Shown in pieces: positions 1-7,923 of a DNA stretch of 36,462 nucleotides. The stretch comes from an uncultured Singulisphaera sp. (lineage in GTDB: Bacteria; Planctomycetota; UBA1135; UBA2386). The notes beneath the pieces are model-generated. The model was given only the letters and a program-made list of their open reading frames with translations, made no database searches and was not told the DNA's origin. Where the stretch lies: assembly GCA_964514315.1 (NCBI GenBank), contig CAZEQF010000003.1, positions 2,916 to 39,377 of the forward strand, read 5' to 3'. The first letter of the stretch is position 1, and every line of letters begins with the position of its first letter. The position numbers were made by a program, and so were the translations under genes.

Positions 1-373
1 CGGCCGGCGGGCTTGCAGGCTGCGCCTGCTCCGCATTCGGCTCCACAGACTGCACAGGCTCCACAGAATCAACGGACGCAACAGACTCCGCGACCTCCGC
101 GGGCGCATGCAGCAACTGCTTGGCGGCTTCGCCGGAGAACTCCAGGTCCGTCCGTCCGTGCGCCGCGAGCAACTCGGCCAGCTCGGAACGCAGCGCCTCG
201 GTGTTCACGGCATAGACCGGATCCTCGGCGCCATGCTCGTCCGTGATCGAGCCGAGCACTTCCAGTTGGCCGGACCAGAGCCACGCGGCAATGCGTTCGC
301 CTTCGACCGACATCCCTTCGAGGTCGGAGCGGCAGAGCAGGCGTTGGCGAACGTGCGGCGCGATGGATGGCAT
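1..373 (-). CDS. hypothetical protein, N-terminal part only (gene runs off the left edge)
   Basis: Absent from the ORF track because it has no stop in the window. Codon-by-codon reverse translation from ATG (complement of 371-373) gives 124 stop-free codons: MPSIAPHVRQRLLCRSDLEGMSVEGERIAAWLWSGQLEVLGSITDEHGAEDPVYAVNTEALRSELAELLAAHGRTDLEFSGEAAKQLLHAPAEVAESVASVDSVEPVQSVEPNAEQAQPASPPA. Third positions are G/C-rich and composition is normal. Track ORF 107-433 (+) is its antisense shadow. No family recognised. Confidence 0.55.
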   Translation of the reverse strand, partial: MPSIAPHVRQRLLCRSDLEGMSVEGERIAAWLWSGQLEVLGSITDEHGAEDPVYAVNTEALRSELAELLAAHGRTDLEFSGEAAKQLLHAPAEVAESVASVDSVEPVQSVEPNAEQAQPASPPA

Positions 374-662
374 TCCAAGATCCTGGAAGCCGACGCGATC
401 CCTGCACGCTTTCGGCGTTCTGTCGCGGACTGATGAAGCCCGCGACATCGCGTCGCCGAATGGCCGATGGCTTCGGCCTCTTGGCGGGACGAACCGCAAC
501 CACCGCGGGCTGCGCGCAGCGCAATCAGGCGAAGCCCGATCGCGCGCGTGTGCTGTCGCGTCCCTGCAACCCTCGCGATTCCCTCGTCTCGACGCCGCCT
601 TGTCTGTCGGCGCCCAGCCGATGCAGCTGCCCTTCAATCGGCAGCGCGACAGGCGCGTTGCG

Positions 663-1028
663 TCATTGGAGCTTGGGGAAGCGCATGCGCGAACGCGCGC
701 TGCGGACGAAGCGCACGTCCATCGGATCCTTGCCTGCGCGCAGGATGTGGATGGCCTGCGCGTCGATCAGCGAGTAGTCGCCGTTGTCGTAGATCAGCTC
801 GAAGCGCATGCCGCGCTCCGTGTCTTCGAGCAGGCGCACCTCGAACACGTTGCGCGACGGCACGACGCTCTTGTTGCCCTGCAGGTCGACGTAGTGCAGC
901 TCGCTCATCTGCATGACGTTGACGATGTCCGCGACGGCGGGGTCTTGGATGCCCTGCGGCGACTGCGGCATCATCGCAAGGAGGCCGACCACGAAGGGGA
1001 GGGGAAGGAGCACTTGCCAGGTCTTCAT
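663..1028 (-). CDS. small secreted hypothetical protein (121 aa)
   Basis: Track ORF with non-biased composition. N-terminal hydrophobic signal-like segment MKTWQVLLPLPFVVGLLAMM. ATG at complement of 1026-1028. No family recognised. Confidence 0.7.
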   Translation of the reverse strand: MKTWQVLLPLPFVVGLLAMMPQSPQGIQDPAVADIVNVMQMSELHYVDLQGNKSVVPSRNVFEVRLLEDTERGMRFELIYDNGDYSLIDAQAIHILRAGKDPMDVRFVRSARSRMRFPKLQ

Positions 1029-1093
1029 CGTTCGCTCGTTGTGGGACGCGGTCTTCTCTACGGCAGTTGGCGGGCCTATGACGGGCCCTCCGC

Positions 1094-2083
1094 ATGATTC
1101 TGCCGGGCATTCTCTCGCTGTTGCTTTGCTGCTCGACGCAAGCGCCGGGCAACGGCACCGTCACGGTAGCGGCTGCGACGGAGAAAGTCCCTGCGCAGGC
1201 CCTCGCCCGCGTCGAGGCCGAGGTCGGCCCGGCGCTGCGCATGCTCGCTCCCTACTTCCGCGCCGAAACGACGCAGCCGTTCCGCGTCGTCGTGCACGAG
1301 GGCGGCGACGAGTTGCCTCCGATGCTGTCGGCGATGCACCACGAGGGATCGCCTGGCTTCGCGATCCTCAGCCGGCACGAGATCCATGTGATGCTCGACG
1401 AGGTGGCGGCCAACGGCCGCGGCCTCCTGCCGGTGCTCGTGCACGAGTTCGTGCACGAACTGCTCGACCAGACCTGTGGCCGCAACGGCCGTCGGATCCC
1501 GCGTTGGTTCCACGAAGGCCTCGCGCAGACGCTCGCGGGCGACACCTACCTCGGCGCCAGCGAGGAGATGATCGTGTGGCGCGCCGCAACCGACCAGTTG
1601 CTGCCGTTCTTCGAACTGGAGGACCGCTTCCCCGAGGGGCGTCGCGCGCTCGCGGTCGCCTATGCGCAGAGCTACTCGTTCGTGTCGTGGCTAGTTCGAT
1701 CGCGCGGCGCCGACGAAGTGCTCGCCATCGCGCGCGCCGTCGACGACGAGACGTCGTTGGACACCGCGATGGTCCGGGCCACCGGGAAGTCCACGGCGGC
1801 GCTGCATGCAGCGTGGCGCGACCATCTCGTGCACGGCAGTGGCGCTGCATGGCGCGCGCTGCTGTCCGAGTTCTTCTCGCTGTCCCTCGTGCTGCTGCTG
1901 CCGGTGCTCGCGATCGCGATGATCCGACGCATGAAGGCGGACCGCATCGCGCGCGATCGCCTTGTGCGAGCCGAGCGCGAAGAGGCCATGGCGATCGCCA
2001 TCGCGGCATCTGTCGGGGCGGATGGGTCCCTGCCGGAGGACCCGGCCACGCGCGGCCCTGCGGGCGGCGCAGGCGACAACTAA
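1094..2083 (+). CDS. gluzincin (peptidase MA-like) zinc metalloprotease with N-terminal signal/lipobox-like segment and C-terminal TM anchor
   Basis: HEFVH (HExxH) is followed 20 residues later by WFHEGLA, matching the M1-type HExxH-X18-20-E / WLNEGFA pattern. N-terminus ILSLLLCCS. Hydrophobic C-terminal segment FFSLSLVLLLPVLAIAMI followed by a charged tail. Confidence 0.7.
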   Translation: MILPGILSLLLCCSTQAPGNGTVTVAAATEKVPAQALARVEAEVGPALRMLAPYFRAETTQPFRVVVHEGGDELPPMLSAMHHEGSPGFAILSRHEIHVMLDEVAANGRGLLPVLVHEFVHELLDQTCGRNGRRIPRWFHEGLAQTLAGDTYLGASEEMIVWRAATDQLLPFFELEDRFPEGRRALAVAYAQSYSFVSWLVRSRGADEVLAIARAVDDETSLDTAMVRATGKSTAALHAAWRDHLVHGSGAAWRALLSEFFSLSLVLLLPVLAIAMIRRMKADRIARDRLVRAEREEAMAIAIAASVGADGSLPEDPATRGPAGGAGDN

Positions 2084-2086
2084 CGG

Positions 2087-2428
2087 ATGCCCACGGCAGT
2101 GGCGCGCGCTACAACGACTCGCGTGCCGGAACATTCGCATCGACGGATTTCGCCGCTCCTCCTCGCCCTTTGCTGTGCCCCGCTCGCGGGCTGCATGGTG
2201 CACGAGCATGTCGTCGGCCTCGGGCCCACGGGCCTCGGCGAGTCGTCGAAGCGGCAGTACTTCGTGTTCTTCGGCCTCATGAGCATCAGCGAGGTCAACG
2301 TGCAGAACATGGCCGGCAACCTGACGAGCTACTCGGTGAAGTCGTCCTACACGTTCACCGACCTGCTGTTGTTCCCGATCCTGCTGCCGTTGACCGTGAC
2401 CAGCCGCACCGTCACGGTGAAGACGTGA
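2087..2428 (+). CDS. Bor-like lipoprotein
   Basis: Lipobox LLLALCCAPLAGC. The mature part QYFVFFGLMSISEVNVQNMAGNLTSYSVKSSYTFTDLLLFPILLPLTVTSRTVTV follows the lambda Bor/Iss pattern (HHFFVSGIGQKKTVD...VKTETQQTFVNGLLGFITLGIYTP). ATG lies 3 nt after the upstream stop. Alignment done by eye only. Confidence 0.6.
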   Translation: MPTAVARATTTRVPEHSHRRISPLLLALCCAPLAGCMVHEHVVGLGPTGLGESSKRQYFVFFGLMSISEVNVQNMAGNLTSYSVKSSYTFTDLLLFPILLPLTVTSRTVTVKT

Positions 2429-3339
2429 CCGACACGCGCGTGTTCGTGCTCGACGCGGCGCGCGCGCGATCGCTGGAGGAGCATCTGCGCGCGGCGTTGC
2501 CGCCGGATGCCGAGTGGCGGCGCGTCGACCACGCGCGCTACGCAGTGAAGGCGATGGGCGTCAACCTCGTCTGCTACACGAGCGGCAAGGTCGTCGTGCA
2601 GGGCAAGTCGCTCGATGCGTTCGTCGGCGAGTTCCTCGGCGGCGCCAACACAGCTGCGCAGAAGGGGCGCGACGACGACCCCGAGATTCCGTTCGACGCG
2701 CCGATGATCGGCTCGGACGAAGCGGGCAAGGGCGACTACTTCGGCCCGCTCGTCGTCGCCTCGGTCTATGCGGAGCCTGAGCGCAAGCAGGAACTGCTCG
2801 CGATGGGCATCGCGGACAGCAAGACCCTCTCCGACCAGCGCATGTTCCCGATGGCCGAGTTGGTCGAACGCGGCTTCGACTGCGAAGTGCGCGTGCTCAT
2901 GCCCAAGGACTACAACGCGCGCTGGAACGAGGCTCGCAACGTCAACCACGTGCTCGCCGAGTTGCACGCGGACGCGATCGCAACGCTGCTGCGCCGCCAC
3001 CCCGACGCGAACGTGCTCGTGGACCGATTCGGCGACGAGAGCCTGATCGCGACCCGCCTGCAGAAGAAGCTCGGCCACGCGCCGAAGAAGCTCGTGCAGG
3101 TGCCGCGCGCCGAGGCGAATCCCGTCGTCGGCGCCGCGAGCGTCGTGGCGCGCGTCCGCTTCGTCGAGGGCTTCCTGGAATGCGAGGCCGAGAGCGGCAC
3201 GGACCTGCACAAGGGCGGCGGCGAGCCTGTCGACGTCGCGGCGCGGCGCGCATTCGCGATCGGCGGCGTGGACCTGATGGCGCGCATCGCGAAGCTGCAC
3301 TTCAAGAACAGCGAACGGATCCCGGGACTCCGATCATGA
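2425..3339 (+). CDS. rnhC: ribonuclease HIII
   Basis: C-terminal 304 aa of track ORF 913-3339. GTG at 2425 overlaps the Bor-like stop (GTGA). N-terminal TBP-like domain ending YTSGKVVVQGKS. Catalytic motifs IGSDEAGKGDYFGPLVVA, DSKTLSD and VDRFG are typical of RNase HIII. Confidence 0.85.
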   Translation: MTDTRVFVLDAARARSLEEHLRAALPPDAEWRRVDHARYAVKAMGVNLVCYTSGKVVVQGKSLDAFVGEFLGGANTAAQKGRDDDPEIPFDAPMIGSDEAGKGDYFGPLVVASVYAEPERKQELLAMGIADSKTLSDQRMFPMAELVERGFDCEVRVLMPKDYNARWNEARNVNHVLAELHADAIATLLRRHPDANVLVDRFGDESLIATRLQKKLGHAPKKLVQVPRAEANPVVGAASVVARVRFVEGFLECEAESGTDLHKGGGEPVDVAARRAFAIGGVDLMARIAKLHFKNSERIPGLRS

Positions 3340-4718
3340 GCATCGCACTCCAGTTCCTCGGCGCGGCGCGCCACGTCACCGGCAGCAAGCATCTGCTGAC
3401 TGTCGGCGACAAGAACATCCTGCTCGACTGCGGCCTCGTGCAGGGCCCGCGCAAGATCGCGGACCAGGCCAACCGCAACCTGCCGATCGCCGGCGACGCG
3501 GTGGACTCGGTCGTGTTGAGCCACGCGCACATCGACCACTGCGGCGCGTTGCCCCGTCTCGTCAAGAACGGCTATCGCGGGCCGATCCACTGCACGGATG
3601 CGACCGAGGACATGCTGCGCATGATGCTGATGGACGCTGCGAAGATCCAAGCGCAGGACATCGGCTACCTGCATCGGCACGGCCAGGAGGTCGAGCCGCT
3701 CTACGACGAGCAGGACGTCGAGGAGACGCTGAAGCTCGTTCGCAGCGTTCCCTATCGCCATCCCTTCGAAGTGATGCCCGGCGTGCGCTGCGAGTTCCTC
3801 GAAGCGGGCCACATCCTCGGCGCGGCGATCGTGCAACTCGACGTCGACCACCAGGGCAAGCAGCGCCGCATCGTGTTCACGGGCGACCACGGCCGGAAGA
3901 ACCTGCCGATCCTTCGCGATCCCGACCACATCGATCGCTGCGACGTGCTGATCACCGAGTCGACCTACGGCGACCGGCAGCACGAGAAGGACATCGACAT
4001 GCAGGAAGCGCTGATGCGCATCGTCAACGACGAGCAGCGCGACGGCGGCCGCATCATCATCCCTGCGTTCTCGGTGGGCCGCACGCAGACCGTCGTGCTC
4101 TACCTCGGCCAACTCATGGCCAGGGGCCTGATCCCCAAGATCCCGATCTGGGTCGATTCGCCGATGAGCCGCGAAGCGACCAAGATCATGTCGCGTCATC
4201 CGAAGCTCTTCGACAAGGAGACGCGCGCGATCCTCGAACGCGGCGAGAGCCCGTTCTTCTTCGACGGCGTGCGCTACGTCGCGGACGTCGAGGAGAGCAA
4301 GTCGCTCAACGCCGAACACAACGGCATCATCGTCTCTGCTTCGGGCATGTGCGAAGCGGGCCGCATCCTGCATCACTTGAAGCACAGCGTCGGTCGCAAG
4401 CAGGACTGCGTGCTGATCGTCGGCTACCAGGCCGAGTCGACGTTGGGCCGCAAGCTGCTCGACGGTTGGAAGCAGGTGAAGATCTACGGCAACGAATACG
4501 ACGTGCGCTGCAAGGTCGCGTTCATGCCGGGCTTCTCCGCGCACGCCGACTACGGCGAACTGCTCGACGCGACGGGGCACCTTCGCGCGACGTGCCGGCA
4601 AGCGTTCGTCGTGCACGGCGAAGGGCCGCAAGCGGATGCGTACGCGCAGCGTCTGCGCGACCACGGCTTCTCCAAAGTCGAAGTCCCGGCCAAGGGCGAC
4701 CGCTTCGAGATCACGTGA
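3336..4718 (+). CDS. MBL-fold beta-CASP ribonuclease (RNA-metabolising metallo-beta-lactamase family)
   Basis: ATG at 3336 overlaps the rnhC stop (ATGA). N-terminus MSIALQFLGAARHVTGSKHLL. HxHxDH motif LSHAHIDHCG. beta-CASP region ESTYGDRQH ... IPAFSVGRTQ. C-terminal motif GFSAHADYGELL. Confidence 0.85.
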   Translation: MSIALQFLGAARHVTGSKHLLTVGDKNILLDCGLVQGPRKIADQANRNLPIAGDAVDSVVLSHAHIDHCGALPRLVKNGYRGPIHCTDATEDMLRMMLMDAAKIQAQDIGYLHRHGQEVEPLYDEQDVEETLKLVRSVPYRHPFEVMPGVRCEFLEAGHILGAAIVQLDVDHQGKQRRIVFTGDHGRKNLPILRDPDHIDRCDVLITESTYGDRQHEKDIDMQEALMRIVNDEQRDGGRIIIPAFSVGRTQTVVLYLGQLMARGLIPKIPIWVDSPMSREATKIMSRHPKLFDKETRAILERGESPFFFDGVRYVADVEESKSLNAEHNGIIVSASGMCEAGRILHHLKHSVGRKQDCVLIVGYQAESTLGRKLLDGWKQVKIYGNEYDVRCKVAFMPGFSAHADYGELLDATGHLRATCRQAFVVHGEGPQADAYAQRLRDHGFSKVEVPAKGDRFEIT

Positions 4719-5542
4719 TGCGCGTCCCCTTCGTGAAGATGGAGGGGGCAGGCAACGACTACGTGTTCGTCGACGCGATTCGCGACGCGTTCCCGTTCGC
4801 GCAAGCGAAGGAGCTCGCGCGCGCGTGGTCGGACCGCCGCTTCGGCATCGGCGCCGATGGCCTGATCGTCCTGCGCCGTGGCGCGACGGCCCCCGTCGCG
4901 ATGGCGATGTGGAACGCCGACGGTTCCGAAGGCTCGATGTGCGGCAACGGCCTGCGATGCCTCGCGGTCCTCGCGCGCGAGCACGGCCACGTCCACGACG
5001 ATGCGTTCGCGGTCGAGACCAAGGCGGGGCTGCGCAACGTGCGGATCCTCCGCGACAGCGAAGGCCGCGTGCGCTGCGTCGAGGCCGACATGGGCAACGT
5101 GCAGGTCGCGACCGAGCCCATCTGCCTCGAGGTCTGCGGCCATTCGCTTGAGTTCTTCTGCGGCGACGCCGGCAATCCGCACGCGGTGACGTTCGTCGAC
5201 GGCAGCCTGGATCGTTTCCCGGTCGAGGAGATGGGCTCGGCATTGCAGCGGCACGCGAGGTTTCCCGACGGCGTCAACGTGGAGTTCGTCCGCGTCACCG
5301 ACGACGGGGCGCTCGCGCAGCGCACCTACGAACGCGGCAGCGGCGAGACGCTGGCCTTCGGCACCGGCGCGACGGCGGCCGCCGTCTGCGCGATGCAGCG
5401 AGGGCTCGTTCGCGGGCCCGAGGTCCGAGTCCTGTTGCGCGGGGGAGAACTTCGCGTCGCGCGTCGCGGCAGCTCCCTTGTCCTCGCGGGTCCGGCACGT
5501 ACGGTCTTCCAAGGCGTCGTCGAAGCGCAAGCTCGCGCGTGA
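4718..5542 (+). CDS. dapF: diaminopimelate epimerase-like protein (second catalytic Cys replaced by Phe)
   Basis: ATG at 4718 shares one base with the upstream stop (TGATG). Motifs FVKMEGAGNDYVFVD, NADGSEGSMCGNGLRC (first catalytic Cys), GNPHAVTFV and YERGSGETLAFGTGATAA. The last aligns to ERGAGETQACGSGACAA of E. coli DapF, with F where the second catalytic Cys should be. Confidence 0.85.
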   Translation: MRVPFVKMEGAGNDYVFVDAIRDAFPFAQAKELARAWSDRRFGIGADGLIVLRRGATAPVAMAMWNADGSEGSMCGNGLRCLAVLAREHGHVHDDAFAVETKAGLRNVRILRDSEGRVRCVEADMGNVQVATEPICLEVCGHSLEFFCGDAGNPHAVTFVDGSLDRFPVEEMGSALQRHARFPDGVNVEFVRVTDDGALAQRTYERGSGETLAFGTGATAAAVCAMQRGLVRGPEVRVLLRGGELRVARRGSSLVLAGPARTVFQGVVEAQARA

Positions 5543-5595
5543 CGCCCGTTCGTCCGCCGCCTGCGGACCGCTTCGCACCGCTCGAGGAGCCAATC

Positions 5596-6165
5596 GTGGA
5601 GAACTTGATCTGGATCGTTCCGCTCGCCGTCGTGCTGCTCGTCGTGATGTGGTGGATCGGGGCCTACAACGGCCTCGTCGCCCGTCGCAACGAGACGAAG
5701 AACTCGTGGAGCCAGATCGATGTGCAGCTGAAGCGTCGCTACGACCTGATCCCCAACCTCGTCGAGACGGCGAAGGGCTACATGAAGCACGAGCGCGAGA
5801 CGCTCGAAGCGGTCGTGAAGGCGCGCCAGACCTGCGTCGACCTTCGCGGCGCCGGCAACGTCGGCGAATTGGTGAAGGCCGAAGGCGCGCTCGCGGGATC
5901 GCTGCGCCAACTGTTCGCGGTCGCCGAGAACTACCCTGAGCTCAAGGCCAACCAGAACATGCTGCAGGTGCAGGAGGAGCTCACCTCGACCGAGAACCGC
6001 ATCGGCTTCGCGCGCCAGGCCTACAACGATTCGGTGATGCGCTACAACAACGCATGCGAGCAGTTCCCGGGCTCGCTCATCGCCGGCATGTCGGGCTTCA
6101 AGCTCGCCGAGTACTTCGAGGTCGAGGCGCAAGAGGAGCGCAAGGCCGTCAAGGTCCAGTTCTGA
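5596..6165 (+). CDS. lemA: LemA family membrane protein
   Basis: VENLIWIVPLAVVLLVVMWWIGAYNGLVARRNETKNSWSQIDVQLKRRYDLIPNLVETAKGYMKHERETL is a typical LemA N-terminal TM plus core. GTG at 5596 has GAGGAG 6 nt upstream. The track start (GTG 5539, a GTGA overlap with the dapF stop) is an alternative. Confidence 0.85.
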   Translation: MENLIWIVPLAVVLLVVMWWIGAYNGLVARRNETKNSWSQIDVQLKRRYDLIPNLVETAKGYMKHERETLEAVVKARQTCVDLRGAGNVGELVKAEGALAGSLRQLFAVAENYPELKANQNMLQVQEELTSTENRIGFARQAYNDSVMRYNNACEQFPGSLIAGMSGFKLAEYFEVEAQEERKAVKVQF

Positions 6166-6175
6166 TCCCGGAGCC

Positions 6176-6907
6176 ATGGCCTTCGACCTCGCTTCACTCG
6201 CCGGCAAGACGATCATCGTCGGCGGCGCAACGGGACAACTCGGCGCCGTCGTCGTGAAGGCCGCGCTGCATGCGGGCGCGCGCGTCGCGATCCCGGTGCG
6301 CAAGCCGTGGCAGGTCGAGAAGGTGAAGGCCGCGTATCCCGGCGCACCGTTGCTCGTCGGCTGCGTCGGCGAGCTCGATGGCGAGGCGTCGGCGGGGTTC
6401 GCGAAGGGCGTCAACGACGCGCTCTCCGGCATCGACGCGCTGTTGTGCTGCAACGGCGCGTTCGCAGCGAGCGCGATCGGCCGCGATCCAGCGGGCGAGC
6501 TGCAAGAACTGATGACCGCGAACGTGCTCGCGGTCGCCAATCTCGCGCGCGGCGCGATCGGCGTGATGAAGCGCAAGAAGCGCGGCGCGATCGTGTGCGT
6601 CGGCAGCGCGAGCGTCGGCCACGGCGGCGCCAACGTCGCCAACTACCTCGCAAGCAAGGCGGCGCTGCACGAATGGGTGCGCGCGTTCGCGGTCGAGTTG
6701 CAGGGCACGGGCGTGCGCGCCGCTGCCGTCGTCGCGGGCACGATGGACACGGAGTCCAACCGTCGCGCTATGCCGGAGGCAGACACCACGCAGTGGCTGC
6801 CGCTGGAGCACGTCGCGCACGCGATGTTCGCCGCGGCCTTCGCGCCCACGGGCCACGGGCCGCTGTTCCCGGTTGCTGCGCCTTCGGCTGCTGCGCGGGG
6901 GAACTGA
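6176..6907 (+). CDS. SDR-family NAD(P)-dependent oxidoreductase
   Basis: Rossmann motif IIVGGATGQLG, catalytic YLASK (YxxxK), NGA motif region CCNGAF. GGAG lies upstream of the ATG. Confidence 0.8.
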   Translation: MAFDLASLAGKTIIVGGATGQLGAVVVKAALHAGARVAIPVRKPWQVEKVKAAYPGAPLLVGCVGELDGEASAGFAKGVNDALSGIDALLCCNGAFAASAIGRDPAGELQELMTANVLAVANLARGAIGVMKRKKRGAIVCVGSASVGHGGANVANYLASKAALHEWVRAFAVELQGTGVRAAAVVAGTMDTESNRRAMPEADTTQWLPLEHVAHAMFAAAFAPTGHGPLFPVAAPSAAARGN

Positions 6908-6909
6908 CC

Positions 6910-7920
6910 GTGCGTCGCCGCGGCGCGCTCGCGTTGTCGTTGCTGCTCGCAGCGCTTTCCGCGCAGCAGCAGGATCCTGTCGAACCGAAGCCGCAGTCGT
7001 GCATCGAGCTGGCCGAAGCGTGGCTCGCTTCCGACCAGTCGAACCAGGACCAGAAGCAGTCCGTCGCGCAGGCGATGGTCGTCGCGCAGGCCGAGTCGTT
7101 CCCGTGGTTGTGCGCCGCGTTGCAGAAGGCGACCGATGCAGCATCCACGCGCAGCAAGGGGCTCCGCGCGCTGCTCGTCGACGTCGTGCTCGGCTTCGTG
7201 GAGGCGCAGCGTCGCAGCGGCGTCGTCTATCGCGGCCAGTATGCAGCGCTCGCCGCGTTGCAGCCGTTCGCGGGCGAGTTGCTGTTCGAGCTCCTGTTGC
7301 GCACTCCTGATTGGCTCGCGGACACGCGGCGCGTGCATCTCGTGCCGGCGATCTTCGACTTGCAGAAGACGCAACCCGAGCCGTCGCTGTTGCTCGGCGT
7401 CGTCGACATCGTCGAGAACGTCGAGATCGAGCCTGCAGACCTTCGCAACGCGCTGGCCGCGTTGTTGTGGCAGTGGGGGCGCAAGGAGTTCGTCGAAGCG
7501 CGCGCGAAGTTGCTGCGCGACCAGTCCGGCGAAGGCGACGCGGAGGACCGCGTGCTCGCGTTCCGCGAACTCGGCGACCTGTGGTATCGCGTGCAGGAGC
7601 ACAAGCGGGCTGCGTCCGCGCATGCGGCGATGGTCGCGCTCGCCGACAGCGCCAAGCTCGAGTTGCTGCCGGCCGACTGGTATTGGGGCGCGTGCTACAA
7701 CGGGCTCGCAGGCAAGCTCGACGCTGGCTTTGTCGCGCTCGCACGTTGCGCCGACATGCACGCGTCGGATCGCGTCGATCCCGTGCGCAAGTTTCCGCGC
7801 GCCCTCTGGGAGATCGACCCCGACCTCGCCGCACTGCGCGCAGATCCGCGGTTCGCAGCGATCCTCCTTCGCGCATTCCCGGAGCCGAAGCCCGAACAGG
7901 AACGCAAGGGAGACCGCTGA
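6910..7920 (+). CDS. secreted hypothetical protein (helical, TPR-like C-terminus)
   Basis: 3' part of track ORF 6307-7920. GTG at 6910 lies 2 nt after the SDR stop. Signal peptide VRRRGALALSLLLAALSAQQQ. Normal composition. Ends with a DPDLAALRADPRFAAILL motif of the kind that closes many TPR domains. Confidence 0.65.
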   Translation: MRRRGALALSLLLAALSAQQQDPVEPKPQSCIELAEAWLASDQSNQDQKQSVAQAMVVAQAESFPWLCAALQKATDAASTRSKGLRALLVDVVLGFVEAQRRSGVVYRGQYAALAALQPFAGELLFELLLRTPDWLADTRRVHLVPAIFDLQKTQPEPSLLLGVVDIVENVEIEPADLRNALAALLWQWGRKEFVEARAKLLRDQSGEGDAEDRVLAFRELGDLWYRVQEHKRAASAHAAMVALADSAKLELLPADWYWGACYNGLAGKLDAGFVALARCADMHASDRVDPVRKFPRALWEIDPDLAALRADPRFAAILLRAFPEPKPEQERKGDR

Positions 7921-7923
7921 CCT

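Noticed and set aside
107-433. Plus-strand ORF 107-433 (108 aa) and minus ORF 69-524
   Set aside because: The stop-free minus frame ending at ATG 373 has better composition and G/C-rich third positions. The listed ORFs are most likely its shadows.
374-662. The 289-bp gap between the two minus-strand genes, examined for a small ORF, ncRNA or terminator
   Set aside because: Reading both strands gave no convincing ORF, no strong stem-loop (only 4-5 bp stems) and no recognisable RNA motif. It is left unannotated.
913-2424. The N-terminal 504 aa of track ORF 913-3339, as part of RNase HIII
   Set aside because: That stretch is Arg/Gly/Ala-rich junk overlapping the peptidase and Bor-like genes in another frame. 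RNase HIII homology begins at the GTG at 2425, which overlaps the upstream stop.
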